From Candidatus Babeliaceae bacterium (GTDB lineage Bacteria; Babelota; Babeliae; Babelales; Babelaceae): a stretch of 64,000 nt of DNA. Below, in pieces: positions 17,101 through 27,862 of this stretch; position 1 is the stretch's first letter, and each line of letters begins with the position of its first letter. A program made the position numbers and the translations under genes. The stretch covers positions 6-64,005 of the forward strand of contig JAIETV010000002.1 in the NCBI GenBank assembly GCA_019744895.1. Reading direction: 5' to 3'. The notes under the pieces are model-generated. The model was not told the origin of the DNA. It made no database searches and worked only from the letters and a program-made list of their open reading frames with translations.

Positions 17101-18518
17101 AAGGTGATATTCAATTTTCGCCGGAAGAAAAGTTGCTGCGCGCAATATTTGGTGAAAAATCACGCGAAGTGCGTGACACTTCACTGCGTGTGCCACCTGG
17201 TATTGAGGGTACTGTAATCGATGTAAAAATCTTTTCGCGTAGTGGTATGAGAAAAGATAAACGTTATAAAGACATGGTTGCGCAAGAAACTGCACGCTTA
17301 GAAAATGACTTTATGATGCAGAAAATTACTTTAGAAAAAATGCTTTCTGAAAAAATTGTCGGCATGTTAGACGGTCAAAAAGCTGGGGCAAAAGCGCCTA
17401 GATCTGTTTTATCAAAAGAATTTTTTGCTGGTCAAAAGCTCGCAGAAATCCCATTTATAGAGTTATGTAATCTTTCTATTGCTGATAAAAAGCTTGCAAT
17501 GGCTATAGATCAGTTAAAGGGAACCTATGATAATCAACTGCGCATTTTGCAAGGGTTACAAGAAGAGCGTATTAATCACTTGAAAAAGGGTGATGTACTT
17601 CCTTCAGGTGTTATCAAGATGGTTAAAGTTTATATCGCTATGAAGAGATCAATTCAGGTTGGTGATAAAGTTGCAGGTCGACACGGCAATAAAGGTGTTG
17701 TCTCGACTATTGTTGCTCGTGAGGATATGCCGTTCATGGAAGATGGCACTGCCATTGATATTATTTTAAATCCTGTTGGTGTTCCTTCTCGAATGAACGT
17801 TGGTCAGATATTAGAAACAATTCTCGGTTTTGCAGGTCGTCAACTTGGTGCCCAAGTAAAAGATGCATTAGAAGAAAAAGGTATTAAACATATTAAAGAT
17901 CTCTTGGTTGAATCTTATGGCCAAGAACTTATTGCAGATTATGAAAAGCGCTATGGTGCGCAAGGGCTGAAAGATCTTGCTCAACGAACAGCAGCTCATG
18001 GCGTTCTTTATAGGACACCAGTATTTGATGGCGCATCGTTTGAAAATGATATTCAACCTTTAGTGACAAGTATGCATAATTCTCCATACGGTACCTTCAA
18101 ATTACGTGATGGTAGGACTGGCGAATACTTTGATCAACCTGTTACTGTCGGGTCCATTTATGTGATGAAACTTATTCACATGGTCGATGATAAGTTACAT
18201 GCTCGATCTGTAGGGCCATACTCACTTGTTACGCAACAGCCATTAGGCGGTAAAGCTCAAATGGGTGGCCAGCGATTCGGTGAGATGGAAGTATGGGCGC
18301 TTGAAGCGTATGGTGCTGCATATACTCTACAAGAGATGTTAACTTATAAATCTGATGATGTTTCTGGACGTCATAAGGTGTACGAAGCTATTGTTCGCGG
18401 CGAGAATATTCCAGAACCAGGGCTTCCGGAATCGTTCAACGTATTGATTAAAGAGCTTCAGAGCCTTGGTCTTCGTATTGATTTGTTAAAAAGTGGCAAG
18501 GAGGACGTCGGTGAGTAA
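14193..18518 (+). CDS. rpoB: DNA-directed RNA polymerase subunit beta, with a Cys-rich N-terminal insertion
   Basis: Start set at the ATG preceded by AAGGAG (the track ORF begins 36 nt earlier). Conserved motifs: VSQLHRSPGV, HKRRLSALGPGG, GRICPIETPEG, NMQRQAVP, GRHGNKGV, GGQRFGEMEVWALEAYGA. Confidence 0.97.
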   Translation: MSSLRTGSETVRRSFGKIKDIVPVPNLIEVQSKSFNDFVQLDFLPSERQLIGLEKVFRDVFPIDYNDKMSLEFVSYELGSWACTCGKVTGITQRYAWSCSSCKKSDCSRLNDDLTCTFCNKNTARYKKCSNCLSRVTVQLPLSLDECRSSEQTFSMQLKVKMQLISWDVDAQGNKIIRDIKEQEIFFADVPVMGDLYEEDGRFKLGNLGTFLINGVDRVIVSQLHRSPGVVFSQSKKSKDSRGKPYYLARVIPMRGSWIDFEFDSNDLLYVRIDKKKKLLVTTLLQALGVARQSIVPFFYKFDQITLQDGVYLQLLDDTVIGSRIEKGMLGIKDEVDYIGRRINQEMLAKLKKIGVESLMLRKNSLINRSIGADIIDPQTGEILVEQGQLFTEELFEQLKKFKKIQFSLIATSGYVLQPTIPLTLAQDKNATEEEALKEIHTKVWPGESATFKEIKEHLEDLFFNPRLYDLTKVGRIRMNRKLGLTVPENITTLTREDIFATIRYLINLRERGEGFLDDIDHLGNRRVRLVGELLTNQSYVGLLRIERIVRERFRIQEMHGALMPQDFLNVKPLNAVLREFFATGQLTQFMDQTNPLSEIAHKRRLSALGPGGVMKDRATYEIRDVHTSHYGRICPIETPEGQTVGLISSLATYALVNQLGFIETAYRPVKNGIILNDVVFLDAFEEADKYIAQADSKLLSSKKITGDTVFARHEGNFMYVDSQKINYIDLSPKQLVSVATALIPFLEHDDASRALMGANMQRQAVPLIRMQAPIVGTGMEAEIARASGACVNAKRSGVVEYVSSEKIIVRSYEHEFKHTEDWISQGVDIYYLRKFQRSSFSTWIHQTPLVVVGQEVTKGEMLSNSSSISHGELALGSNLLVAFMPWYGYNFEDAVILNKRLVAEDVLTSVHIDEYVAEARDTKLGPEEITRDIPNVSEVALEGLDEDGIVRIGTRVKAGDILVGKVTLKGDIQFSPEEKLLRAIFGEKSREVRDTSLRVPPGIEGTVIDVKIFSRSGMRKDKRYKDMVAQETARLENDFMMQKITLEKMLSEKIVGMLDGQKAGAKAPRSVLSKEFFAGQKLAEIPFIELCNLSIADKKLAMAIDQLKGTYDNQLRILQGLQEERINHLKKGDVLPSGVIKMVKVYIAMKRSIQVGDKVAGRHGNKGVVSTIVAREDMPFMEDGTAIDIILNPVGVPSRMNVGQILETILGFAGRQLGAQVKDALEEKGIKHIKDLLVESYGQELIADYEKRYGAQGLKDLAQRTAAHGVLYRTPVFDGASFENDIQPLVTSMHNSPYGTFKLRDGRTGEYFDQPVTVGSIYVMKLIHMVDDKLHARSVGPYSLVTQQPLGGKAQMGGQRFGEMEVWALEAYGAAYTLQEMLTYKSDDVSGRHKVYEAIVRGENIPEPGLPESFNVLIKELQSLGLRIDLLKSGKEDVGE

Positions 18519-21500
18519 TCAAATGATTAATCGTTTTAGAGAATATATTAACGCGAATCAGTTTAATGCGTTAAAAATTACTATTGCCTCTCCAGAAAAA
18601 GTGCTGTCACTTTCTTATGGCGAAGTAAAAAAAATTGAAACGATCAACTATAGAACGTTAAAACCTGAACGTGATGGTCTATTTTGTGCACGTATTTTCG
18701 GTCCTGTAAAGGATTGGGAATGTAACTGTGGCAAATATAAGCGTATGAAACATCGCGGTATAACGTGTGAAAAATGTGGGGTTGAAGTAATTCAATCTCG
18801 TGTTCGACGTGAACGAATGGGGCACATCAAATTAGTTGCTCCAGTTTGTCACATATGGTATCTCAAAGGTATTCCTAGTTATCTTGGATTACTGTTAGAT
18901 TTGCCAGTTAAAGATCTTGAAAGAATTATTTATTTTGACGCATATATGGTTATTGACCAGGGTAAATCACCATATCCACGCAAGACCTTATTGTCTTCTG
19001 CCGATTATGATAATTACTTAGATTTGCATCCAGAAGATACTTTATTTAAAGCAGAAATTGGTGCGGAGGCAGTTAGATTAATACTGGCAATGTTTGATTT
19101 GCCTTTAGAAATAGCTCAATTGCAACAAGAGTATTCAAAAACTACCTCAGTGGCGGCTCGTCATAAAATCATGCGTCGCATTAAAGTTCTTACTGGACTA
19201 CAACAAGCTGCAATTAAGCCAGAATGGATGGTCATGACAGTATTACCAGTGTTGCCACCAGATTTGCGCCCATTGGTACCTTTAGAAGGGGGTCGGTTTG
19301 CAAGCTCAGATTTGAATGAGCTGTACCGCCGTGTATTGAACAGAAATATCCGTCTTGCACGCCTTATGGAGATTGATGCACCTTCAGTTATTATCAAAAA
19401 CGAAAAACGCATGCTTCAAGAAGCTGTTGACGCTCTTATTGATAATGGTCGACGTGGTCAACCAGTGCGTGGCTCTAACAAGCGTCCATTGAAATCGCTC
19501 AGTGAAATGCTTCGTGGCAAACAGGGTCGCTTCAGACAAAACTTATTAGGTAAACGTGTTGACTATTCAGGCCGTTCAGTCATTGTTGTTGATCCTGAAC
19601 TTAAAATAGATCAATGCGGACTACCAAAAGCAATGGCATTAGAACTATTCAAATCTCATATTTTAGCGGGCCTTTTAGCCAGTGAGTTAGCTCCTAATCT
19701 GCGCGCTGCAAAACGGATGGTTGAAGATTCAGAACCTATCGTATGGGATGTACTTGCAGATGTCGTAAAAGATCAAACTGTTCTTTTAAATCGTGCACCT
19801 ACATTACATAGGCTTGGTATTCAAGCGTTTAAGCCTATTTTGGTTGATGGTAAATCCATTAAGATTCATCCGCTTGTATGTAAAGCATTTAATGCTGACT
19901 TTGATGGTGATCAGATGGCTGTTCATATACCATTGAGTGCGCAATCGCGGGAAGAATCAAAAAATCTCATTCTTTCTACAAAAAACATTCTTTCTCCTGC
20001 CAATGGTCGTCCAATAATGGTTCCTTCGCAGGACATGATTCTTGGATTGCATTACTTGACTAAAGTTCGTTACAACGTTCTTGGAGAAGGTCTTGTCTTT
20101 TCGTCCCCTTCAGAAGTAGTAGCTGCTTACGAACATGAACGCTGCTCATTACATGCGCGCATTAAAGTTCGCCTAGGCGATAAAATTGTTGAGACTACAG
20201 TAGGTCGCATCATATTGTTTGTAGCAATTCCAGAAGGTTCCGATTTTGAATGGGTGAATAAAATTCTTACCACAAGTGATTTATCAAAACTTGTTGAACG
20301 CGTCTATTATCGCTTTGGTAGTGAAGCAACAGTTATTTGTTTAGACAATATTAAAAAATTAGGCTTTAAGCATTCTACTGCTGCGGGTATTTCATTTTCT
20401 ATGAAGGATTTAATCACTCCAGATAAAAAAGAATCGATAATTAAAAAAGCTGAAAAAGAAGTTCAAAAAGTTGAGCAGATGTACCTTGATGGTATTATCA
20501 CCAATGGTGAACGATATAATAAAGTGGTAAGTATTTGGGCGCGTGCAACTACTGATGTTGCCCAAAATATGACAGTTAATCTTTCACAGCAGGATACGCA
20601 AGCATACCTTAATGAAGAAAAAATAAGCCAACCATTTAATTCTATCTTCTTGATGCTTGAATCAGGTGCTAAAGGCTCTCGTGATCAAATCAAGCAGCTT
20701 GTTGGTATGCGTGGTCTTATGGCTCGACCGTCTGGTGACATTATGGAAACACCGGTTAAGAGTAATTTTAAAGATGGGCTTTCTGTTTTTGAATACTTTA
20801 TTTCCACGCATGGTGCTCGTAAAGGTCAAGCTGATACTGCTCTTAAAACGGCAAATGCGGGTTATTTAACGCGTAAGCTAATTGACGTTGCACAGGATGT
20901 TGTTATTACTATGCCAGATTGCAAAACATTAGGCTTTGTTATGCTTGAAGATTTGCAAGAAGGTGGCGATATCATTTATCCACTTGCAAACAGGGGATTT
21001 AGTCGAGTAGTTGCGACTGATGTTAAAGATGAAATTTCTGGGCAGTTGATTTTTAAACAAGGCCACGTTATTCGTCGAGAAGATATTGAAAAAATAAGTA
21101 ATTCAGTGATTTCTAAAATTCCAGTTCGTTCTGTTCTAACCTGCCAGGCAAAACGTGGTGTTTGTGCTGCATGTTACGGCCTTGATATGTCGAAAAACGA
21201 TATGGTTGAAATCGGTTCAACTGTCGGTATTATCGCTGCGCAATCGATCGGTGAACCAGGAACACAGCTTACTATGAGAACTTTCCATATTGGTGGTACG
21301 GCGAGTTTATCAGAGCAATCATCCTTTGTAGCAAAAGCAGCAGGTAAAGTTGTATTTAGCAACTTATATGCTGAAAAAAATAAGGATGGCCAAACCGTTG
21401 TTATGAATCGTAGTTCCAAAATGGCTATTGTATCACCTGATGGCAGAGAGCTACAAAAGCATGATCTTGAATACGGCTCAGTGCTTCTTGTTCAAGAAGG

Positions 21501-22584
21501 GCAAGATGTACTTATTGGCACCAAGCTTGTCGAGTGGGATCTTAATAACAAAGTGATTCTTACTGAAAGATCAGGTAAGGTTCGTTATGTTGATATGATC
21601 GATAACTTAACAGTTCAAGAACGTTATGATGAAGCAACCAGTCGTACAACTCGTATGGTTGTTGACCACAAAGGTGATAAATATCAACCTGCAATTAGCA
21701 TTGTCGATGAAGATGAGAATGAAATAGTTCAATACTACATCCCCACGGGTGCTTATGTTAACGTTGATCAAAATCAGCAGGTTAAAGTAGGCGATATTAT
21801 AGCTAAATTACCTCGTGAAGCTTCTCGAACAAAAGATATTACTACTGGCGGATTACCGCGTATTTCAGAGTTCTTTGAAGCTCGCGCACCGAAAGATCCA
21901 GCAATTATTTCTGATATTGATGGTGAAGTTGTTTTTGGTGGATTACATCGTGGATTACGTAAAGTTTCTGTTACTAACGGCACAGAAACGTTTGATTATT
22001 TTATTCCTCGCTCAAAACAGCTTAATGTGGTTAATGGTGATCGTATTAAAGCTGGTGATTTGATTACTCAAGGAACGCCTATCTTGCACGACGTTCTACG
22101 TATTTCTGGTCCTGAAGCTTTACAGCGATACTTGGTAAATCAAGTTCAAGAAGTTTATCGTCGTCAGGGCGTTGATATTAATGATCGTCATATTGAGTTG
22201 ATCGTACGTCAAATGTCACGTAAGGTGCGTATCATAGAGCCGGGCGATACAGAATTCCTTATTGGTGACCGGGTAGATAGAATTCATTTTAAAGCGGTCA
22301 ATGACGCATTAGTTATTGAAGGCAAACGTCCTGCAGTTGCTAAACAGGTTCTGCAAGGAATCACGTTAGCATCTTTGGGTACTGAAAGCTTTATTTCTGC
22401 GGCATCGTTCCAAGAGACGACACGCATTTTAGCAGAAGCAGCGATATTTGGCCAGACAGATCATCTTTACGGATTAAAGGAAAATGTTATTATTGGTAAG
22501 ATAATACCTGCAGGTACAGGAATTAGTTCGTTTAGAAAGAAATACCATATTAGTCACAAAACGGATACTGTGAAAGTTGTATAA
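18511..22584 (+). CDS. rpoC: DNA-directed RNA polymerase subunit beta-prime
   Basis: N-terminal Zn finger CNCGKYKR...[17 protein letters not shown], and trigger-loop/bridge motifs. The start is uncertain: GTG at 18511 lies 7 nt after AAGGAGG and overlaps the rpoB stop, with ATG at 18523 as the alternative. Confidence 0.96.
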   Translation: MSNQMINRFREYINANQFNALKITIASPEKVLSLSYGEVKKIETINYRTLKPERDGLFCARIFGPVKDWECNCGKYKRMKHRGITCEKCGVEVIQSRVRRERMGHIKLVAPVCHIWYLKGIPSYLGLLLDLPVKDLERIIYFDAYMVIDQGKSPYPRKTLLSSADYDNYLDLHPEDTLFKAEIGAEAVRLILAMFDLPLEIAQLQQEYSKTTSVAARHKIMRRIKVLTGLQQAAIKPEWMVMTVLPVLPPDLRPLVPLEGGRFASSDLNELYRRVLNRNIRLARLMEIDAPSVIIKNEKRMLQEAVDALIDNGRRGQPVRGSNKRPLKSLSEMLRGKQGRFRQNLLGKRVDYSGRSVIVVDPELKIDQCGLPKAMALELFKSHILAGLLASELAPNLRAAKRMVEDSEPIVWDVLADVVKDQTVLLNRAPTLHRLGIQAFKPILVDGKSIKIHPLVCKAFNADFDGDQMAVHIPLSAQSREESKNLILSTKNILSPANGRPIMVPSQDMILGLHYLTKVRYNVLGEGLVFSSPSEVVAAYEHERCSLHARIKVRLGDKIVETTVGRIILFVAIPEGSDFEWVNKILTTSDLSKLVERVYYRFGSEATVICLDNIKKLGFKHSTAAGISFSMKDLITPDKKESIIKKAEKEVQKVEQMYLDGIITNGERYNKVVSIWARATTDVAQNMTVNLSQQDTQAYLNEEKISQPFNSIFLMLESGAKGSRDQIKQLVGMRGLMARPSGDIMETPVKSNFKDGLSVFEYFISTHGARKGQADTALKTANAGYLTRKLIDVAQDVVITMPDCKTLGFVMLEDLQEGGDIIYPLANRGFSRVVATDVKDEISGQLIFKQGHVIRREDIEKISNSVISKIPVRSVLTCQAKRGVCAACYGLDMSKNDMVEIGSTVGIIAAQSIGEPGTQLTMRTFHIGGTASLSEQSSFVAKAAGKVVFSNLYAEKNKDGQTVVMNRSSKMAIVSPDGRELQKHDLEYGSVLLVQEGQDVLIGTKLVEWDLNNKVILTERSGKVRYVDMIDNLTVQERYDEATSRTTRMVVDHKGDKYQPAISIVDEDENEIVQYYIPTGAYVNVDQNQQVKVGDIIAKLPREASRTKDITTGGLPRISEFFEARAPKDPAIISDIDGEVVFGGLHRGLRKVSVTNGTETFDYFIPRSKQLNVVNGDRIKAGDLITQGTPILHDVLRISGPEALQRYLVNQVQEVYRRQGVDINDRHIELIVRQMSRKVRIIEPGDTEFLIGDRVDRIHFKAVNDALVIEGKRPAVAKQVLQGITLASLGTESFISAASFQETTRILAEAAIFGQTDHLYGLKENVIIGKIIPAGTGISSFRKKYHISHKTDTVKVV

Positions 22585-22592
22585 TTAATGTT

Positions 22593-22667
22593 AGGCGCGT
22601 AGCTCAGTGGCAGAGCATTGCTTTGACGTAGCAAGGGTCAGCGGTTCAATCCCGCTCGCGCCTACCA
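22593..22667 (+). tRNA. tRNA-Val (GAC)
   Basis: Acceptor AGGCGCG/CGCGCCT, anticodon loop TTGACGT, CCA encoded. Begins 8 nt after the rpoC stop. Confidence 0.9.
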
Positions 22668-22698
22668 AATAAATATTTTGTATAAACAAAGAGATATT

Positions 22699-22965
22699 AT
22701 GATTACTTTAGAAAGAAAAAATAATCTTATTAAAACCTTCAGAACTCACGATTCAGACTCGGGTTCTTTAGAATTGCAAGTTGCTTTACTAACAGAGCGT
22801 ATTAATGAGTTAAATAAACATTTTAGTTTATTCCCAAAAGATAAGCATTCTCGTACTGGTCTTATGAAACTAGTTGGACGTCGTCGTAAATTCTTGGATT
22901 ATTTACACAAATCTGATAAAAATAAATATGAGCACCTTATAGAAAAGCTTAATATTAGAAAATAA
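22699..22965 (+). CDS. rpsO: 30S ribosomal protein S15
   Basis: GSLELQVALLTERINELNKHF..KDKHSRTGLMKLVGRRRKFLDYL. ATG at 22699 was chosen over the upstream TTG of the track ORF. Confidence 0.93.
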   Translation: MITLERKNNLIKTFRTHDSDSGSLELQVALLTERINELNKHFSLFPKDKHSRTGLMKLVGRRRKFLDYLHKSDKNKYEHLIEKLNIRK

Positions 22966-23050
22966 CGTTATTTGCACGTCAATAATAGTTTATTCATTAG
23001 TAATAAGTTCTTAAAAGCCGGTAAAATTAAACATAAAGTAAAGGTATTTG

Positions 23051-25135
23051 ATGGCTATGGAAAAAAAATTTAGCTTGCCAGAATTCGGTTATGAAGTAAC
23101 ATTTGGTAAATTTGCTGGTCAAGCAGACGGTGCAGCATGGTTACAGCAAGGCGGGACAATTGTTCTAGCAACGGTAGTTTCAGCTACGGCATCGGAATTT
23201 CCTGGCTTTCTCCCTTTATCTGTTGATTATCGTGAGTTATTTGCTGCTGCTGGAAAAATTCCAGGTGGTTATTTTAAGCGCGAAGGTAAATTTAGCGATA
23301 ACGAAGTTTTAACAAGTCGCCTTATCGATCGTGCTATTCGGCCACTGTTTCCAGAAAACTTTTTTAATACTGTTCAAGTTATGGCAACAGTTTACTCTGT
23401 AGATCGCGAACATGTACCGCAGCCATTAGCTCTTCTTGCAACATCATTGGCTCTTATGAGCTCCAAGGTCCCCTTTTTAGGTCCAGTTGGCGTAGCTGAA
23501 GTTGCTTTAATTGATGGTAAATGGGTAGCTTGTCCTAAATTTTCTGAAGCTTCTTCAACAACAACAAAAATTACTGTTGCTGGAGACCTTGAAGGTATTT
23601 GCATGGTTGAGGGAACTGCCAATCATATCTCTGAATCAGAATTTATCGATGCTCTCTTTCTTGCGCATGATGTTATCAAAAAGCAAGTTATCTGGCAGCA
23701 AGAGATCATTAAAGAACTTAACGTCGAAAAAGAATCTATTATTGAACAATTTGATATCGCTGCCTGGCAAAAAAGAGCATTTGATGCATTAACTGACGAT
23801 CGCGTTAAACGCATGTTCACATCGGACAAAGTGCAGCGCGGTGAAGCACAAAAAGAATTGAAAGATTACTTTTTCAAAACCTTTGAGGCTGAGGTCGCAT
23901 TAGAGAAAGTTTCAACTGTCTTTTTAGGCTACATTTTTGATAAAGTTTTAAGTAAAAAAATCACTGAGCTCTGCTTTACAGAGAATAAACGTATCGATTC
24001 ACGTGCTTTTGATCAAGTGCGTCAGATAACAAGTCAAGTTGGACTTCTGCCTTATGTTCATGGATCAGCATTATTCACACGTGGTCGCACTCAAGCGCTT
24101 GTAACGGCAACGCTTGGCAGTGGGCAGGATGAAGCAAAAATTGATCGCCTTATGGGAGATACTATTGAAAGCTCATTTATGCTGCACTATAATTTTCCGC
24201 CATTCTCAGTAGGCGAAGCGCGTCAACAGCGTGGACCAGGGCGTCGAGAAGTCGGGCATGGCTACTTGGCGGCTTCTGCAATTCAACAAGTTTTGCCGGC
24301 AAAGGATGAATTTGCCTACACCATTAGAATTGTTGCAGATATGCTTGAATCTGATGGTTCAACTTCGATGGCAACCGTTTGTGGTTCTACTTTAGCACTT
24401 ATGGATGCGGGTGTTCCGATTAAATCTATGGTCAGTGGCGTTGCGATGGGTCTTTTAAAAAGCGAAAAAGGTGAGTTTAGAGTACTTACCGATATTGCTG
24501 GCATTGAAGATGCTTTTGGGTTGATGGATTTTAAAGTAGCTGGTACGGAAAATGGTATTACAGCGATTCAAATGGATATTAAACACAAAGGTGGGCTTGA
24601 GCGTACGGTATTCCAGATGGCTCTTGCGGCAGCACATAAAGGGCGTTTGCATATTATGAACGAGATGAAGAAAACAATTTCTCACCCGCGTTCACAACTT
24701 TCTGCATTAGTTCCTCAAATGATAAGCTTTAAAATTCCTACTGAAAAAATTGGTGCAGTTATAGGTTCTGGTGGGAAAGTTATTAAAGAGATTATTGCAA
24801 AAACAGGTGCTTCAATTGATATCGCAGATGATGGCTTAGTGAAAATCTTTGGTAAAGTCGGCCCTGGTTTAGACCAAGCAGTTTCATGGGTTAAAGTTTT
24901 AGGTGGTCAAATTGAACGTGGTATGAAGTTCAACGGCATCGTTAAAAGGGTTGCAGAATTCGGACTCTTTGTTGAAATTGCTCCTGGGCTTGATGGCCTA
25001 GTGCATGTGTCGACAGTTCCTCGCCAAGAGCAACAAGAATTTGCTAAAAAGTATTCAGTTGGAGCTCAAGCTCATGTTGAAGTACTTGACTATGAACCAG
25101 AGACTGGTAGAATACGCTTGAAAGTTATACAGTAA
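23051..25135 (+). CDS. pnp: Polyribonucleotide nucleotidyltransferase (PNPase)
   Basis: Two RNase PH-like domains (e.g. RxDGR-like RIDSRAFDQVR, GDMDFKV-like LMDFKVAGT). KH domain (IGAVIGSGGKVIKEI). S1 domain (GIVKRVAEFGLFVEI). Classical rpsO-pnp synteny. Confidence 0.96.
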   Translation: MAMEKKFSLPEFGYEVTFGKFAGQADGAAWLQQGGTIVLATVVSATASEFPGFLPLSVDYRELFAAAGKIPGGYFKREGKFSDNEVLTSRLIDRAIRPLFPENFFNTVQVMATVYSVDREHVPQPLALLATSLALMSSKVPFLGPVGVAEVALIDGKWVACPKFSEASSTTTKITVAGDLEGICMVEGTANHISESEFIDALFLAHDVIKKQVIWQQEIIKELNVEKESIIEQFDIAAWQKRAFDALTDDRVKRMFTSDKVQRGEAQKELKDYFFKTFEAEVALEKVSTVFLGYIFDKVLSKKITELCFTENKRIDSRAFDQVRQITSQVGLLPYVHGSALFTRGRTQALVTATLGSGQDEAKIDRLMGDTIESSFMLHYNFPPFSVGEARQQRGPGRREVGHGYLAASAIQQVLPAKDEFAYTIRIVADMLESDGSTSMATVCGSTLALMDAGVPIKSMVSGVAMGLLKSEKGEFRVLTDIAGIEDAFGLMDFKVAGTENGITAIQMDIKHKGGLERTVFQMALAAAHKGRLHIMNEMKKTISHPRSQLSALVPQMISFKIPTEKIGAVIGSGGKVIKEIIAKTGASIDIADDGLVKIFGKVGPGLDQAVSWVKVLGGQIERGMKFNGIVKRVAEFGLFVEIAPGLDGLVHVSTVPRQEQQEFAKKYSVGAQAHVEVLDYEPETGRIRLKVIQ

Positions 25136-25189
25136 GTGCATAACAATATGGTTATGTCACAATGAGTATCTCATAAGAAAGTATATAAA

Positions 25190-25987
25190 ATGTTTAGTAT
25201 GCATCGTGCCGGAAATCGCAATTTTGATCAGTTACGTCAACTTAATGTCACGTATGACATTTATCCCTATGCAGCTGGATCAACTCTTTTTGAGATGGGT
25301 AACACGAAAGTGTTGTGTGCTGTAACGTTGCAAAACGGTGTACCGCATTTTTTGCGTGGAAGAAAAAGTGGTTGGTTAACTGCTGAATATTCACTGCTAC
25401 CGGCTTCAACGCCAGTGCGCACGGTGCGTGAAGTAACTACCAATAAGCGCAGTGGTAGAACTATAGAGATTTCACGCTTGATTGGTCGTTCTTTGAGATC
25501 CGTTGCAGATCTTTCTGTACTTGGTGAGCAGACAATCTTTATCGATTGCGATGTTTTGCAAGCAGACGGTGGCACACGTACTGCATGCATTACAGGGGCA
25601 TATTTAGCTCTTAAAGCGGCGCAAACTCGTTGGCAACAAAAAGGTATAATTATGCAACCATTTTTAAAAGATGAGCTTGCTGCTGTATCTGTTGGAGTTG
25701 GAAACGGTACATTAATTCTGGATATGGATTTTACAGAAGACAGTTCAATTGATGTGGATTTTAATTTTGTTCTTACGCGTTCTCATAAGATTATTGAATT
25801 GCAGGGTTCTGCCGAGCGTGCGCCACTTTCCTGGGAAGATCATGAAAATATTAATAAACTTGCACTCAAAGGCTCAGCTGAACTTTTTGAATTTTATGAT
25901 CAGCATCCGTACGAGTTGCCAGTTAGTCAATTCTATGAAAAATACGTCAGCGCAACACGTTTTTCAGATTTCAACTGCGATATTTAA
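25190..25987 (+). CDS. rph: Ribonuclease PH (with ~25-aa C-terminal extension)
   Basis: DQLRQLNV, AAGSTLFEMGNTKVLCAV, DCDVLQADGGTRTACITGAYLAL. Confidence 0.88.
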   Translation: MFSMHRAGNRNFDQLRQLNVTYDIYPYAAGSTLFEMGNTKVLCAVTLQNGVPHFLRGRKSGWLTAEYSLLPASTPVRTVREVTTNKRSGRTIEISRLIGRSLRSVADLSVLGEQTIFIDCDVLQADGGTRTACITGAYLALKAAQTRWQQKGIIMQPFLKDELAAVSVGVGNGTLILDMDFTEDSSIDVDFNFVLTRSHKIIELQGSAERAPLSWEDHENINKLALKGSAELFEFYDQHPYELPVSQFYEKYVSATRFSDFNCDI

Positions 25988-25989
25988 AA

Positions 25990-26904
25990 ATGTCTGTTTT
26001 TCAGGAATTATTTACGGTGCCGGTCAGTGGCGCTAAAAATAGTATAAAAATTTTATGCACAAAAACAATTCCTGAAAAGCTTATCTCATTTCACCGCACT
26101 ATTTTTCAAAAATTAACTCTTCAAGATTACAAAATTCTATTGCTAGAAGACTGTGATCTTGAAGACCTCTTTATGCAATTATCTATCACATTCTTAGGAC
26201 AAGCATGTATATATGCACTAAAGGATGGTGACATTTCATCTTCAGATCGAAAAAAATTTGATAGTTTCCTAAAAGAATATTCTGGCCCACACACTCTTTA
26301 TTTTTTTACCAATAACCCAGTTTATGAAAAAAGTGAATTGATTATTGAATCAATCATTACAAAAAAACTTTTTCAAGAACTTGCACTTTCAAGCGGGTAT
26401 ATCTCTCTTGCGTCTACGTTTATTGAAAAACTCTTTATGTTAAAATCTTCATATACTTTTGATGAATCACTTTCCTTATTGCAGTACGGACATCTTTTGG
26501 GGGCACGCAACGAAGGGTTCTTTTCTGATTGGGTTGCTCGTATTATTTCAGACGATGCATCGCTTTTTATTTTAAGTAAGTATTTTTTTTCGCAACAAAA
26601 AAGTCTTCTTTTAAAAGAATGGGCTCTATTAAAAAATAGATATCCAGATGAGTTCTGGGTAGCCTTTTTTTCTGAGCAATTATGGCAGGCGATACTTTAT
26701 ATTCAGTATACCTCTATAGGCAAGGCTGCAGAAGCTAAACGTTTTGCTTATCGTTTACCATTTTCATTTTTTCAAAACGATTGGAAACGACAATCTATTT
26801 CACGCCTTGTAGAAGCGCACACCTTGCTTTACGAAGTTGATTATGGGTTGAAAAATGGCTATGCAACAGAAGGTATAGAAATTTTTATTCATACATATTC
26901 TTAA
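25990..26904 (+). CDS. Hypothetical protein, possibly a divergent DNA polymerase III delta subunit (HolA-like)
   Basis: The size and helical C-terminal half, with LLYEVDYGLKNG resembling the HolA LxxxDxxxKxG motif. The match is weak and recalled from memory only. Confidence 0.3.
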   Translation: MSVFQELFTVPVSGAKNSIKILCTKTIPEKLISFHRTIFQKLTLQDYKILLLEDCDLEDLFMQLSITFLGQACIYALKDGDISSSDRKKFDSFLKEYSGPHTLYFFTNNPVYEKSELIIESIITKKLFQELALSSGYISLASTFIEKLFMLKSSYTFDESLSLLQYGHLLGARNEGFFSDWVARIISDDASLFILSKYFFSQQKSLLLKEWALLKNRYPDEFWVAFFSEQLWQAILYIQYTSIGKAAEAKRFAYRLPFSFFQNDWKRQSISRLVEAHTLLYEVDYGLKNGYATEGIEIFIHTYS

Positions 26905-26952
26905 ATCAAAATTTATTTTAATAAAAGATATTATACGTTCATAAACAAATTA

Positions 26953-27837
26953 CTATTTTTGAAGTTCTTGAGCAAATAATGGTAATTCAGTTTGATCAAA
27001 AGATCGTATTAAAAAAAATCTTTTAGCTTCTGGATGCCATTCAAAAATTGTTATCCTTAAAATGGGATTATGTAATGGGTCTTCAAAACACTCGCTTTTT
27101 TTAAGCCATGCAGCTAAATTTTCGGCAAGATAATAGCCATAAGCCTTGGATTGATTATCAACTAGCACTGCTGCTAATCGATAAGGCGTGTCGCTCATTT
27201 CTCTAAAAGTCTCGAGAGTAATAATTTCTTCTTGAGTTATATCAAAAAATTCAAGTTCTTTGTGCGGTAATCGCGGATTTATCAATTCTTTTATACGTCG
27301 AGTAAATGATATCTTTTCCTCCTGCGCATAAGGATCGTTTTCAAACTTATTCTTTAAATACGCCCATTCATTTTTATAGGGTATACAATGTAAACGGTTA
27401 ATCGCATTTATGCGGGGTAATTTCTTCCCGCAAATGTCGCTTATTCGGTAAATAGAAGTATGACCAGGTAAAGAATGAATATTTAAAAGTTCTTTCAAAT
27501 TTTTAAGCATGTCAGGTATTTTTTTCGAAAATGGTGGAGTATTAAAAATAGGCAATCTGCCCCAAGGCGTGAGGAGAGCTCTTGGATACGTTTTATGGGT
27601 AAGGTAAAGACCTCGTTTTGTTTTACATCTATCATCTGGAATAGCATCTTTTATTCTATCTTGGAATCTTATGCCATGATATTCACGAGCAGCTTTTGCT
27701 AGTATAGTTGCAATGATTTTTATTTTTTGTGTGGCGCAAAAAATTCTATACCGTTCATCAGAATCACCCCGTTCTGTCGCTTCTGCACAAGTAACAATAA
27801 ATATCAATGTCCTATAAAAATAGTAAAGTTTTTTCAT
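26953..27837 (-). CDS. Hypothetical protein with a C-terminal U-box-like segment
   Basis: Start set at MKKLYYF, which avoids overlap with the upstream DUF502 gene. The IITLETFREMSDTP...GYYLAENLAAWLKKSECFEDPLHNPI pattern resembles a U-box. See findings. Confidence 0.5.
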   Translation of the reverse strand: MKKLYYFYRTLIFIVTCAEATERGDSDERYRIFCATQKIKIIATILAKAAREYHGIRFQDRIKDAIPDDRCKTKRGLYLTHKTYPRALLTPWGRLPIFNTPPFSKKIPDMLKNLKELLNIHSLPGHTSIYRISDICGKKLPRINAINRLHCIPYKNEWAYLKNKFENDPYAQEEKISFTRRIKELINPRLPHKELEFFDITQEEIITLETFREMSDTPYRLAAVLVDNQSKAYGYYLAENLAAWLKKSECFEDPLHNPILRITIFEWHPEAKRFFLIRSFDQTELPLFAQELQK

Positions 27838-27862
27838 AGCATCGTTCTTCTCTGCGCAATTG

